From a virus, in UHGV virus genome UHGV-1374671: a DNA stretch of 64,000 nucleotides; one strand, given 5' to 3'. Under the pieces are notes generated by a model. It saw nothing but the letters and a program-made list of their open reading frames with translations, ran no database searches and was not told the origin of the DNA. The position numbers and the translations under genes were made by a program. Below, piece by piece: positions 20,459 to 30,356 of this stretch. Positions within the stretch are counted from its first letter, which is position 1. Each line of letters starts with the position of its first letter.

Positions 20459-21736
20459 ATGAAAATTGTACTGGCCGATACAGTGATCACTGTGTTCGGG
20501 TGGCTCAATGTGATGGATCAGATCGGAAAGTACAAGCTGAAGATCCGCAAGACTCCTCAGGAGATCCGTGAGGAGAAGGAGATCAGACGACAGCGGTACG
20601 GAAGCGACGCCCATAAGGTGAATCCTATGCGGTACGAAGATCGCACCGTGATCGCCAAGAATCCGTCTGATCCTACCATCGCATACTTTCTCCCAGGGCT
20701 GTGGCCACGGGTGAAAGGCTATCTGGATACGCAGAAGATTACATACGAAATCGAGGACAAAAGGGATCCTTCCATCAGGCCTGACCCGGACTATTCAAAA
20801 CTGGCCGGAGCGACATTGAGACCAGGACAGGATACCGCCTTGGCCCTGATTACGTCGTTGGATTGTGGGCTAATAAATACCAGCACGGCATGGGGAAAAA
20901 GCCATCTAATATCTTTTATATGCAAGGTTTATCCCACGCTTAACATTGTCGTCACCACTGGATCCACCACGGTGGTCTCAACTCTGTACGAATATCTGTG
21001 CAAGCAGCTGCCCGGCCAGGTCGGTTACCTGTACGCCAGGGGCAACACCACGCATGGAAAACGGGTGATTGTGACCACGCTGAAGTCGTTGCCGAACATC
21101 TCTCCTGAGCGCGTCCAGTTGCTGTTGTGCGACGAGTGTCATGCCTGCGGAGACAACGAGGCCGGCAGGGCAGTGTCCAAGTTTGTGTTCAGCCGCAGAT
21201 TTGGATTCTCCGCCAGTCCGATCCGCAATGACGGCTCCAGAATCGTTATGGAGTCCATCTTCGGACCTGAGATCATGAAGATGACCTACCAGGAGTCTGT
21301 TGACGTTGGAAACATCGTTCCCATGAAGTACCTGATGCTGCCTTGTCACAAAGGGCCAACCAGCTTGTGCGACAAGCCGGGCATGGACGATGTATTCAAG
21401 AAGCGCTTCGGGTACTGGTGCAACTACAACAGGAACAGGGCTATTGTGGAACTGGTCTACGACATCAAGCAGGTGTATGAGGGCCAGATTTTGATAATGG
21501 TCGGTTCACTGGAACACGCAATTCAGTTGCACATTATGCTGCCCTGGTTCAAGGTCGCTCATTATGGCGCAACTGACTTGGACGAACTCAAGAAAAAGAA
21601 GTTCTCCAAAGACAAATACTCCGACATTGACTTTTCTCAGTACAAGATGAGCCAGAAGCAGCTGGACATTATGCGGGCCGCCTTTGCAAAAGGTACGCTC
21701 AGGTACGTGATCTGCACCAAAGTGTTTAAACAAGGT
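20459..21736 (+). CDS. SF2 DExH-box helicase, exon 1 (interrupted by group I intron)
   Basis: motif I TSTAWGKSH; motif II LLCDECHACG; motif III FSASP; ORF runs into a stop at 21760 before motifs V/VI, which resume in the ORF at 22024. Confidence 0.7.
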
Positions 21737-22023
21737 AAACATCAATGCCTCGCAGCATAGGAATGTGCTGTCGTGAGCCGCTTAATTGCTGGGAACTCCG
21801 ACCGGGTAATGCCGAGGACAATCAGCAGCGAAGTCCTGAAAAGTAGGAAACGTTCAACGACTATCCCTGCGGGGAGTACACGCAAGTGCGTGGAAACAGC
21901 GGCCACCCAGAACGGGTGAAGATATAGTCTGACCTTGCATGGTAACATGCAGCTGGATTAACAATCCGGGCTGAGCGTAACGAACTCAGTTGAACACAAA
22001 AGGTTGATTTTAAAGCACTTACG
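21737..22023 (+). ncRNA. group I self-splicing intron (ORF-less, ~290 nt) in helicase gene
   Basis: P/Q/R/S-like elements: TAATTGCTGGGAACTCC, AATCAGCAGCG, GTTCAACGACTATCC, GAAGATATAGTCTGACC; exon 1 ends on T (ggt); G immediately precedes exon 2. Confidence 0.7.
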
Positions 22024-22284
22024 GTGTTGTTCCGTGGAGACGGCGACGTGTCTGGTGTGGAATGTATCCAGATCCCTGGCCGAGTTGCCCGTCTGTCGGA
22101 AGGCAAGGACTGCGGTTACCTGATCGACGTCAATGACACGTTCAGCACTTGGTCCAGAGAGCGGTCACAGGCCAGAGAGAAGCAATATCAGGAGCAGAAA
22201 TGGACGAAGATAACAAGGGAGGATCTGCTGGATGATCTCCGTAGACTCACTGAAGGCAACCCTGACAGGGCTTCTGGGGAGTAG
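22024..22284 (+). CDS. SF2 helicase, exon 2 (motif VI QIPGRVAR)
   Basis: ECIQIPGRVARL matches helicase motif VI Q-x-x-G-R-x-x-R; exact 3' splice site among 22024/22027/22030 unresolved. Confidence 0.65.
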   Translation: MLFRGDGDVSGVECIQIPGRVARLSEGKDCGYLIDVNDTFSTWSRERSQAREKQYQEQKWTKITREDLLDDLRRLTEGNPDRASGE

Positions 22285-22756
22285 GGTTCCCAGTGGATTC
22301 CCGTTCGAGTTGGTTGCCAAATCCCTGTTGAAGCAGGAGAAGGCAAGGGACATCAAGCTCAGTTCCTATGGGTATCTGATGTATGCCATCGATCACTACG
22401 GCGCCGGCATCCTGTACCGGAACATACTGGCGTCCAACAAGACGATCGAGGGCTATGCAGCGGAGGCCGACAAGTACAGAACCGACATGCCTGTCATGCT
22501 GGTCAATGCGGCACAGTACGTGGAGCATATCTTCAATCTGATTCCTGACATGGAAACATGCTTCAGGAAGCTGGAGGATATGACATTCCCGTATGTGCTG
22601 TATGTGCTGTTCACAGCCGGAGGCCAAGAGGAGCTTGTCACAAAGTACAAGGAGGACTTCGAGGAGCATATGCACAGATACCCGTCCACGCTGGATCTGC
22701 TGCCTGAGTCCTATAAGAAAGTCGGTACGGAGGTCAGCGATGCAGACGTTAAGTAA
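22232..22756 (+). CDS. hypothetical protein
   Basis: 174 aa ORF between the two helicase genes. Confidence 0.4.
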   Translation: MISVDSLKATLTGLLGSRVPSGFPFELVAKSLLKQEKARDIKLSSYGYLMYAIDHYGAGILYRNILASNKTIEGYAAEADKYRTDMPVMLVNAAQYVEHIFNLIPDMETCFRKLEDMTFPYVLYVLFTAGGQEELVTKYKEDFEEHMHRYPSTLDLLPESYKKVGTEVSDADVK

Positions 22757-24215
22757 GGTTGAGCTGGCGTTCCTGTCCGTGATCGGATATCCTGAACTCA
22801 CTTCCAAGGCGCTGAAGCTGTGTGCTGACAAGGTGATCCTGTTCGATAAGAACACGCACCCTCATGTGAGCATGATGTGGTCTGTTTACCTGAACACGTT
22901 GAAGAAGTACAAGAAGAAGTTCGGGTTGAAGGTATCCCATGATCTCATTGCAGGCGACCTGGACGAGGCGATCAAGAACGACGAGGACATGCCTGAGGAG
23001 GTGTTGTCCAGTTGTGAGACCATTCTCAACCGACTGGTAACTGGTCAGCTGCCGTCCAGGGAGGAAGGCATCGCGTTGATCCAGTCTCTGGTGAACCTGG
23101 ATGCCAACCGCAAGATCAGCGCCCAGGTGCTGAAGAACGCGGATCTGGAGGCCATCCAGAAAACCCTGGATTCGTCGAAGCGGGTCATGACCATACTGGA
23201 CAACACAGAGGATCTGAACAAGGGCAGGATCCTGTTCAATCCGTTCAATGAGATCCAGAACCTGGCCAAGCACGTGGTGCGGATCCCGACAGGCATCAAC
23301 TTCCTGGACATCGCATCCAGCGGTGGAGGCCGGTCCCAGGAGCTGTGGCTTCTTCTTGGTCCGTCAGGAGGAGGCAAGTCGACGTTCTCTGTTCAGTATT
23401 CCGCATCGCAGGCTCTGATGGGCAACAATACGCTGTGGGTCACTTACGAGCAGAGCATGGAAGGAGACTTGGCCGAGCGACTTATCGCCAACGTGACGGA
23501 CTGCAGTCTGGATGACATCCGTGATATCGGGTTCGACAATTTGAGCCAGGATATCAGGAACAAGTTCTGGGCTGCTGTGAACGGCTCCGAGGAGCACCTG
23601 AAAGTGTTGGACATGACCAGAATGGAGTTCGACCAGGAAGATCCTGCCGATGACTCCGGCATCTACTCGGTATGGAAGCGCATCAAGGAGCTGAAAGCGG
23701 AGGGATGGAGCCCGAAGACGGTCCTCATAGACTGGTTCGGCGCAATGATGTCCATGATCGGAACTGTAACCGGTCAGGACTTGTCCAAGGCGTACAGGTT
23801 CCTGGCTCAGCATCAGATCGACATTGCCCGCAAGATGGTCAAGGACGAGGATATCATGTGCATCTTCACACATCAGACCGACATGCAGACACAGCATGCC
23901 AGGCCGACCTATCCTCCCGACAAGACCAACTCGAAGGACATGAAAGACCTGTGCAACTACATGGACATCGTTCTCACACTTGGAAACAGGGACAAGAACG
24001 ACATCCAGTATTTCAATGCGGCCAAAGCCCGTAAGGGCGCGTCCGTCCTGCAGACGGTGCAGCTCATTGGAGAGAAGGCCAGGTTCAAGAAAGCCGACGG
24101 CTGGCTTCCAAACCGGGATGGGAACTTCTACCGACCCTCGGATGAGTACACATCAGACGAGGACGACGATATACAAGACGAGACTGCAAGGTCGTATACA
24201 AGAGAGATCATGTAG
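22740..24215 (+). CDS. DnaB-like replicative helicase (RecA-fold ATPase)
   Basis: Walker A GPSGGGKST; Walker B-like VLIDWFGAMM; overall DnaB/gp41-like C-terminal domain layout. Confidence 0.7.
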   Translation: MQTLSKVELAFLSVIGYPELTSKALKLCADKVILFDKNTHPHVSMMWSVYLNTLKKYKKKFGLKVSHDLIAGDLDEAIKNDEDMPEEVLSSCETILNRLVTGQLPSREEGIALIQSLVNLDANRKISAQVLKNADLEAIQKTLDSSKRVMTILDNTEDLNKGRILFNPFNEIQNLAKHVVRIPTGINFLDIASSGGGRSQELWLLLGPSGGGKSTFSVQYSASQALMGNNTLWVTYEQSMEGDLAERLIANVTDCSLDDIRDIGFDNLSQDIRNKFWAAVNGSEEHLKVLDMTRMEFDQEDPADDSGIYSVWKRIKELKAEGWSPKTVLIDWFGAMMSMIGTVTGQDLSKAYRFLAQHQIDIARKMVKDEDIMCIFTHQTDMQTQHARPTYPPDKTNSKDMKDLCNYMDIVLTLGNRDKNDIQYFNAAKARKGASVLQTVQLIGEKARFKKADGWLPNRDGNFYRPSDEYTSDEDDDIQDETARSYTREIM

Positions 24216-24227
24216 TTTGGTTCGATT

Positions 24228-24256
24228 GTGACTTGACTTTTTTTCGTTTTGGTGTT
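24228..24256 (+). promoter_or_regulatory. possible sigma70-like promoter (TTGACT-17-TATGTT) followed by 10-bp hairpin GTTATGTTGC/GCAACATAAC
   Basis: hexamers and spacing read directly; hairpin at ~24250-24276 just upstream of the RBS of the 24300 gene. Confidence 0.3.
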
Positions 24257-24299
24257 ATGTTGCGAACGAGCAACATAACCTGAACGAAGGAGGTCGGTC

Positions 24300-24701
24300 A
24301 TGAAACAACCCGAGTTCGAGAAGCTCTGTAAGGATCTGGCCCGCATATGGACCAGAAAAGACGGGGCCCTGGCGAAGCTGGGCAGCTGCTCTGAGAGCAC
24401 TGGCTCGTACATCTTGTGCATCGGAGCGAAGAACAATACAGGGTTCTCCGCTCACTATTGCGTTGTGTGGGAAGGAGACAACAAGGCGTTTGAAGGCCGT
24501 CTCCATTCCATCGAACTCAGAAAATTCCTCACATCGAAACACCTCTGTTTCGCAGAGGTAACCACTTCACGCATGCTGGATCAGAACAAGAAAGGTCTGA
24601 TCAACTGCTACGGAAAGAAGGAGTCGTGCTGCAAGCTGAACTGCTCTGTACGCGACAGGAAGCCGTTCCAGGTGACTGAGACGGTGGCAACCACTCTGTA
24701 G
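24300..24701 (+). CDS. hypothetical protein (between helicase and primase; possible loader/accessory)
   Basis: 133 aa; GGAGG RBS. Confidence 0.4.
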   Translation: MKQPEFEKLCKDLARIWTRKDGALAKLGSCSESTGSYILCIGAKNNTGFSAHYCVVWEGDNKAFEGRLHSIELRKFLTSKHLCFAEVTTSRMLDQNKKGLINCYGKKESCCKLNCSVRDRKPFQVTETVATTL

Positions 24702-24747
24702 CGCTCCCGGTATTGCCGGGCAGCGTGCATGTCCGGGAGGAAAGCAA

Positions 24748-25878
24748 GTGTTGAACAAACCACTCTATGACACGCTTGTGCGCATGTTCAAGCGTGTCGA
24801 AATCGCCAACGAAGGGCAGCATGCACGGGTCAGCAGGAAAGCGGGTACCGTGTCGGCGTGGTGTATTGAAAGGAACAACGAACACGGTGAGCAGTACCGT
24901 GTGAATTGTCCTTTCTGCGACGACCGGAACAAGCACCTCTACATTTCGTATCTGTCCTACATTCGTCCAGTCGTGAACGGTCAGGTGCTTCAGGTAGGCA
25001 AATTGAGAGCCCAGTGCTTTCGCAGAGGCTGTCTGAAGAAGATTGAGAACAGAGAATGGCTCGAAGGGCAGATCGCTATGTACAGGTTAGCTCTTGGAGC
25101 AGGTGCGGAAATTCCAAACATTGAAATCTCGGAAACAGACTCGGAAACCCTTCCCAGATACGAGGTGTCGGACGACATTTCCGTGGATGGGTTCAAGACA
25201 TGGGTACCTGATTATGAGCCGATCACAGCGCAGTCCAGGAGTGACATTCTGGAGTACCTGGCGGCTCGTCGTGTGTCCATGGATGACGTGGAATGGATGA
25301 GACTCGGCTGGGGGCCTGTCAAGTCCCCGCGTTCAGGCAACTACCTGAACAACGGCAGTCCGTTCATTCTGATTCCGATGATACAGAACAACCAAGTGAA
25401 GGGCATCCAGGGCAGGTGCCTTCCCCAGTACCTGAAGGAGGACGGCATCAAATACTGGATTCACCCTGCCTGCAGAAAACGTACTGTTGTGCTGAACATC
25501 GACATTGCCAGACAGCTCGGCCTTGGTGTCGTCTGTGAAGGCGCTTTCGATGTGCTCAGCATTGGTAAACCGGGCGTATGCACCTTTGGACATACACCAT
25601 CAGAAACGCAAAGGCGGTTGCTTACCACGTTCTCACAGGGCATCATATGGTGTCCTGACACGGACGTGACGCCGAGGCTGAATCCTATTCAGATCGCCAG
25701 GGAGCATGTTGCTGTCTGGAACGCGTCCAATGCGTTTCCGAAAGGTGCGCACGTCGTAGAACTGTCCCAGAAAGATGCCGGCAGTATGTCCCGGCAGCAA
25801 GTATGGGAGGAGATCGTTTCCCAGGTTCCTGCTCATATGCAGGACTTCCTGCTGGAGAGGATCATCCCAAACCTATAG
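24748..25878 (+). CDS. DNA primase (zinc-binding + TOPRIM)
   Basis: GTG start with GGAGG RBS; N-terminal CPFCDD...C..C zinc motif; TOPRIM acidic motif VVCEGAFDVLS. Confidence 0.7.
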   Translation: MLNKPLYDTLVRMFKRVEIANEGQHARVSRKAGTVSAWCIERNNEHGEQYRVNCPFCDDRNKHLYISYLSYIRPVVNGQVLQVGKLRAQCFRRGCLKKIENREWLEGQIAMYRLALGAGAEIPNIEISETDSETLPRYEVSDDISVDGFKTWVPDYEPITAQSRSDILEYLAARRVSMDDVEWMRLGWGPVKSPRSGNYLNNGSPFILIPMIQNNQVKGIQGRCLPQYLKEDGIKYWIHPACRKRTVVLNIDIARQLGLGVVCEGAFDVLSIGKPGVCTFGHTPSETQRRLLTTFSQGIIWCPDTDVTPRLNPIQIAREHVAVWNASNAFPKGAHVVELSQKDAGSMSRQQVWEEIVSQVPAHMQDFLLERIIPNL

Positions 25879-25895
25879 GAACAGAGGAGATCGAG

Positions 25896-26921
25896 ATGCA
25901 AGACTTAGGCGTCGTCGACGTCAGCATGCGGCACTTTGTCGGGCCGGTTCACATCCGGGTATGGGAGCCCGGAGATCCGTTCCCGACACTGGGGCCTTCC
26001 GTTGGCGTTGACACAGAAACCGAGCTGATCACGGACACGGTGAAGGACCCGCCGGTAGTTGTTACCGGCGTGTTCGACCCTGCGAACTCGAATTGCTGGA
26101 TCGTTTACTGGCAGCATACCGCAGCGTTCATGCGGGAGCTGAACAAGCGCGACATCCAGCAGAGGTACTTCAACGTCGGGTTCGACGAACAGGTGCTCGA
26201 CAACGAGGACGAGGAGAAGAGCCTTCTGACGGCTGTCGACGCAAGGCGGGTGCGTGATATGCAGATCCGCATTCACCTGCACGAGATCGCCACGCTGGGT
26301 TGGATCCGAGGCAATCTGTACAACCTGGCGGACTGTGCTCTGCACTTCCTGAATGTGACGCTGGACAAGGGTGATCCGGACGACTACGAGAACTCTGCAC
26401 GAATGACGTTTCGGCGGCATAATAAAGATGGGAGCGTTTATCGCATAACGGATGAACAGGCCAAATACCTGTGTTATGACTGCGCTTCCACCTGGGGTCT
26501 CGGAGAATCGGTACCGGAACAGCCAACCGAGGTGGAACATACCAAGGGCATGATCGTCCTGGCACACATCAGCACCAACGGCATTCAGGTCGACCCTGTA
26601 GTGTTCGACGCCATGGAGGAGAAGCTGTTCAAAGCCAGGGACGAGGCCAGGCTTCGTCTGCTGGCGTTTGGATTCCCAGATCCGTACAAGGACGTCAAGA
26701 AGGAGGCCGCAGCCGAGCGTCAGCTTTTCTACTCGGAATACAAAAAGCTGTGTGAATCGGCAGGACTGGAGTGCCATCTCGGCATGGAGGAACAGACACT
26801 CGATGACGAAGACGAAACCGTCATTCAGGTTCCTAAAATACCAAAGAAGGACTCTCTCAGGCTGATGGTCTGCTACCTGTATCGATGCTTCACGTTCGTA
26901 CACAATACCAAGAACGCGGCG
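25896..26921 (+). CDS. polA: family A DNA polymerase, exon 1 (3'-5' exonuclease domain)
   Basis: Exo I VGVDTETE; Exo II/III-like YLCYDCAS; frame hits a stop at 26924 immediately before an intron core. Confidence 0.7.
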
Positions 26922-28478
26922 TAGGTACCTTTGCGGCGTGAGCCGCATCGAAGAAGAAAGTGAATTGCTGGAAGCCTAAACCGGGAGTGTAGCCCGGCAT
27001 GGTAATCAGCAGCCAATCAACCGGATCGCTAAACTGGATTCAACCATCCAGCATGCACCGGGGAAAAGGTTCAACGATCATCGGGGTGTCCACCTGATAA
27101 GCGGCCCCGTTAGCGTGCAAGCGTGCGCGAAGTGCTCCGTGACGGGAAACCGTCACGATGATATGATCTGTGCTACCCGAAAGGGATAGGAAGCCCCAGC
27201 CTGATCAGCTGGATAAGCCGGGTGAGCGTAGCGAACTCACTTGAACAAGAACCATGAGGTCTTATGAATCGACGTAAATTCTCACATTTACGCTTGATAT
27301 TGTTGACGTACATGCTATATTAGAACCAGGTACTATAATACACGGAAGTTTTGAAGTGATAAGCAGAGCTCATACAATCAAGCTGAAACCCAATAAAGCA
27401 CAGGCGATCATGCTGGCCAAGACGGCCGGTACTGCCAGGTATGCCTACAACTGGGGATTGGCCAAGTGGAATGAGCTGTACGAAGCCGGTGAGAAGTGCA
27501 GTGCTTACAGCCTGATGAAACTTTGGCAAGAAGGCAGACCTGACTGGGCATTGGAAGTGGGCGCTGCGTGTTTGCAGCGCCCGTTCATGCACCTGGAAGG
27601 CGCCTTCAAAGCGTTCTTCAGAGGACAGCGTAAGCACCCAACCTTTCACAAGAAGGGTTTGCGGGACGGGTTCTACGTCCCGAATACTCATTTCAAACTC
27701 CGTGGTAACAAGGTTCAGCTACCCAAGTGCGGACTTGTCAGAATGACCGAGCGTATTCGTTACGCGGATGTGAAGGTTGTTTCTTCGGCAGTCAAGCACC
27801 AGGCAGACGGCTGGTATGTCGTAATCCAGGTCGAGCTTGAAGAGGAACACAGAACCGAATCCGACTCTTTTGTCGGAGTCGATGTCGGATGTACCCAGCT
27901 CGCAACAGCGAGCGACGGTACGACCTGCTGCTCACCGGCCAAGCTCAAAGACCTGGAACGTCAGCTGAAACGTAGACAGCGCTTGCTGGCACGCAAAGCC
28001 AAGGGCTCCAACAATCGAGCGAAAGCGAGATTGAAGGTAGCCCGTACCTGGCAACGAATCAACAATATCAAACAAGACACAGCTCACAAGTTCACTGCAC
28101 TCATTGCCAAGAACCACGGCACTGTTTGCATTGAAAAGCTGGATGTGAAGAGTATGCAATCAGGAGACAACGCCCTCGTAAGAAAGGGCGTGCATAACTC
28201 CTGCATGTCGGAAATCCTGAGACAACTCAAGTACAAGTGTAACAACTTTATTGAAGTTGACAAGTATTTCCCGTCCAGTAAGACTTGTTCGAACTGTGGG
28301 CACATAAACGCTGAACTGACCCTTGGGGATCGCACGTATAATTGTCCGGGCTGCGGACTGAAAATCGACAGGGATCTGAACGCAGCGTTGAACCTCCGTA
28401 AGGAGGGTCTGAGGATTTACACGGTGGGTCACACCGGCAGTGCCTGTGGAGTTGCCCGGTAACGGGCGGCGCTGAAGC
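26922..28478 (+). mobile_element. IStron-like element: group I intron ribozyme core fused to an IS605-family (TnpB-only) module, inserted in the DNA polymerase gene
   Basis: ribozyme core ~26950-27290 shares P/Q/R/S elements with the helicase intron (GAATTGCTGGAAGCC, AATCAGCAGCC, GTTCAACGATCATC, GATATGATCTG); IS left-end-like hairpin CGTAAAT-tctcac-ATTTACG (~27268-27289); tnpB 27356-28462; right-end hairpin GCCCG-gtaa-CGGGC spanning the tnpB stop; the polymerase frame reopens right after a TGA at 28473-28475. Confidence 0.7.
27356..28462 (+). CDS. tnpB: TnpB (IS605 OrfB-family RuvC-like RNA-guided nuclease)
   Basis: 368 aa; RuvC-I GVDVG; CSNCG...CPGCG zinc finger; RuvC-III DRDLNAALNL. Confidence 0.85.
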   Translation: MISRAHTIKLKPNKAQAIMLAKTAGTARYAYNWGLAKWNELYEAGEKCSAYSLMKLWQEGRPDWALEVGAACLQRPFMHLEGAFKAFFRGQRKHPTFHKKGLRDGFYVPNTHFKLRGNKVQLPKCGLVRMTERIRYADVKVVSSAVKHQADGWYVVIQVELEEEHRTESDSFVGVDVGCTQLATASDGTTCCSPAKLKDLERQLKRRQRLLARKAKGSNNRAKARLKVARTWQRINNIKQDTAHKFTALIAKNHGTVCIEKLDVKSMQSGDNALVRKGVHNSCMSEILRQLKYKCNNFIEVDKYFPSSKTCSNCGHINAELTLGDRTYNCPGCGLKIDRDLNAALNLRKEGLRIYTVGHTGSACGVAR

Positions 28479-29453
28479 AGGAAGATTCATAAGAATCGTG
28501 AACAGAACCACTCGGACGAGCCTGACGAGCTCCAGCTGTGTGCCGAGAACGTCAAAATCGTGTGCGAAATGGAGAAACCGTCACTGCGGAAAGACGCCAG
28601 GAACATGTACTCGAAGCTCCTGGAGGACTACGAGATCATGGCGTTCGACCAGGCCACCAAGGGAATCGTCATGCCGTCGTTTGTGGCGCATCTGATGGAG
28701 CACTACAACAAGCAGCGTGATTCCGGAGAGGTCGCAGCAAAGGGCTACGACTTCGGAGCCGCAGTCAAGTACGCCAGCGAGTACATCGACGATCATCCTG
28801 AATGGCTGTCGAAATCCGAGCAGATAGGTCCCAGCAAATTCTTCCAGAATCATGTGAAGGGCATCATGGAGGCCAATCCGAAGCTGGAGCTGGAGACCAC
28901 TCCCAAGAGTGGGGCAGTCAAGCTGACACTCAAGGACAAGTGGCGGTTGGAGGACAACGGCATCAAGGACAAGTTCTTGGATGCTTACATTGACTTCAAT
29001 CATTGCCAGAAATATTTAAGTACCTATATGAACCGTTTGTTCATCAAAGGGGATAATCGGATACATGCCAGGTTCACAAATATTTTGCGGACCGGACGTA
29101 CCAGCTGCACCGGACCTAACTTGCAGAATTATCCCAGCAGGGACAAGGTGTTTCCGTTGAAGAACATCTTCTGTCCTTACGATGGCATGCTGTTGTGTGC
29201 TACCGACTTCTCGTTTATTGAGTTGTGTGGCTTTGCCCAGTCCTGTTACAGCAGGTTTGGGTTCAGCGTTATGCGCGACGTCATCAACGCAGGTCTGGAT
29301 CCGCACCGCTGGTTCGCAGCGGTGATGGACAAGCTGATCAAGCCGGACCTGACGCACAAGGACGACCCGAAATGGGTCGCGGAACTGAAAGGATTTTTGA
29401 AAGCAAATGTAGACGATTCAAGACGACAAAAGGCCAAAATGGCCAATTTCGGT
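28479..29453 (+). CDS. polA: family A DNA polymerase, exon 2 (fingers/palm, motifs A and start of B)
   Basis: RTGRTSCTGPNLQNYP and DFSFIELC (motif A); RRQKAKMANFG (motif B start); frame then breaks after NFG. Confidence 0.7.
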
Positions 29454-29680
29454 CGACCATCAAGGCCGAATTAAAACTGCGGAATTAAGCGGGGAACTCT
29501 CATTGAGACGATCCGAACCGAAGCCTGGAAGGGATTCCAGTCAGGGACAGAGCATACCGGCAGGGGAAGAACTCCCATCAGCCGACACGAGGCCGCAGCA
29601 ACTGGAGAAACAACTCTGGTTGAAAAGATATGCCGAGCTGTGTGGCGACATACAGAAGTGCTGGATAAAAAGCCGGCACG
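29454..29680 (+). ncRNA. putative small group I-like intron (~227 nt) splitting polA motif B
   Basis: exon ends TTCGGT; GCCGAA 12 nt downstream can form a 6-bp P1 with a G-U pair at the splice site; GAATTAAGCGGGGAACTCT resembles the P element of the other introns; AAAGATATGCC is S-like; a G at 29680 precedes an in-frame continuation ITKLFPGALGV...EEAEF. Confidence 0.5.
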
Positions 29681-30328
29681 ATAACAAAACTGTTTCCAGG
29701 AGCACTGGGTGTCAAGACTTTCTACAGGAACTGCAGGGAGTCCGGCGTACACCTGACCATGGAAGAAGCTGAATTCATGCGGGATGCGTGGATCAGCACT
29801 TTCAAGGAAATGAAGTTCCACATGAAGCCAGAGAAGTTGCGTAACTCGACAGGGTTCGGCAACCAGTTCGGCTTCAGGGACGACGAAGAAGAGTACATCG
29901 ACCCGTCCGAGCAGGACAGGCAGTTGTACAGGGCAAAATTAATTAATGGAATGGTTAGAAACAGGTGCAGTTTCAATGCGGCCTGTAATATGCAATTCCA
30001 AGGGCTCGTGGCATTTGGCGCGAAGCTGGCAGGCTGGAATCTAGTAACTCACGGATACGAACATAGAGTAGTCAATTTCGTACACGACGAATTTCTGTAC
30101 TGCCTGTATCCGGAGGAGCTCAAGGTCCACATCCCTGTCATTGAGCGCCTGATGATCGACGGGATGAGAGTTGCCATCCCGGATGTTAAAGTAGGAGTGG
30201 AATCCAGCGTCATGCGTCATTGGGACAAGAAGGCGACGGAATTCCACGACGTGAAGTGGGACGAGCAGGGAAGACCGCTCATTGAAGAGCCGCTGTTCGT
30301 CCAGAGTGTTCTCAAAATGGCCCAGTAG
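29681..30328 (+). CDS. polA: family A DNA polymerase, exon 3 (motif C, C-terminus)
   Basis: ESGVHLTMEEAEFMRDAW (post-motif-B helix); NAACNMQFQG; NFVHDEFLY (motif C HDE). Confidence 0.7.
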   Translation: MTKLFPGALGVKTFYRNCRESGVHLTMEEAEFMRDAWISTFKEMKFHMKPEKLRNSTGFGNQFGFRDDEEEYIDPSEQDRQLYRAKLINGMVRNRCSFNAACNMQFQGLVAFGAKLAGWNLVTHGYEHRVVNFVHDEFLYCLYPEELKVHIPVIERLMIDGMRVAIPDVKVGVESSVMRHWDKKATEFHDVKWDEQGRPLIEEPLFVQSVLKMAQ

Positions 30329-30356
30329 GGCGAACGAAAACGAAAGGTACGCAAGA

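Noticed and set aside
29503-29772. ORF 29503-29772 (89 aa) lying between the polymerase exons
   Set aside because: It lies entirely in the frame-break region that I interpret as an intron; its translation (Arg/Gln/Pro-rich) has no motifs and starts with TTG.
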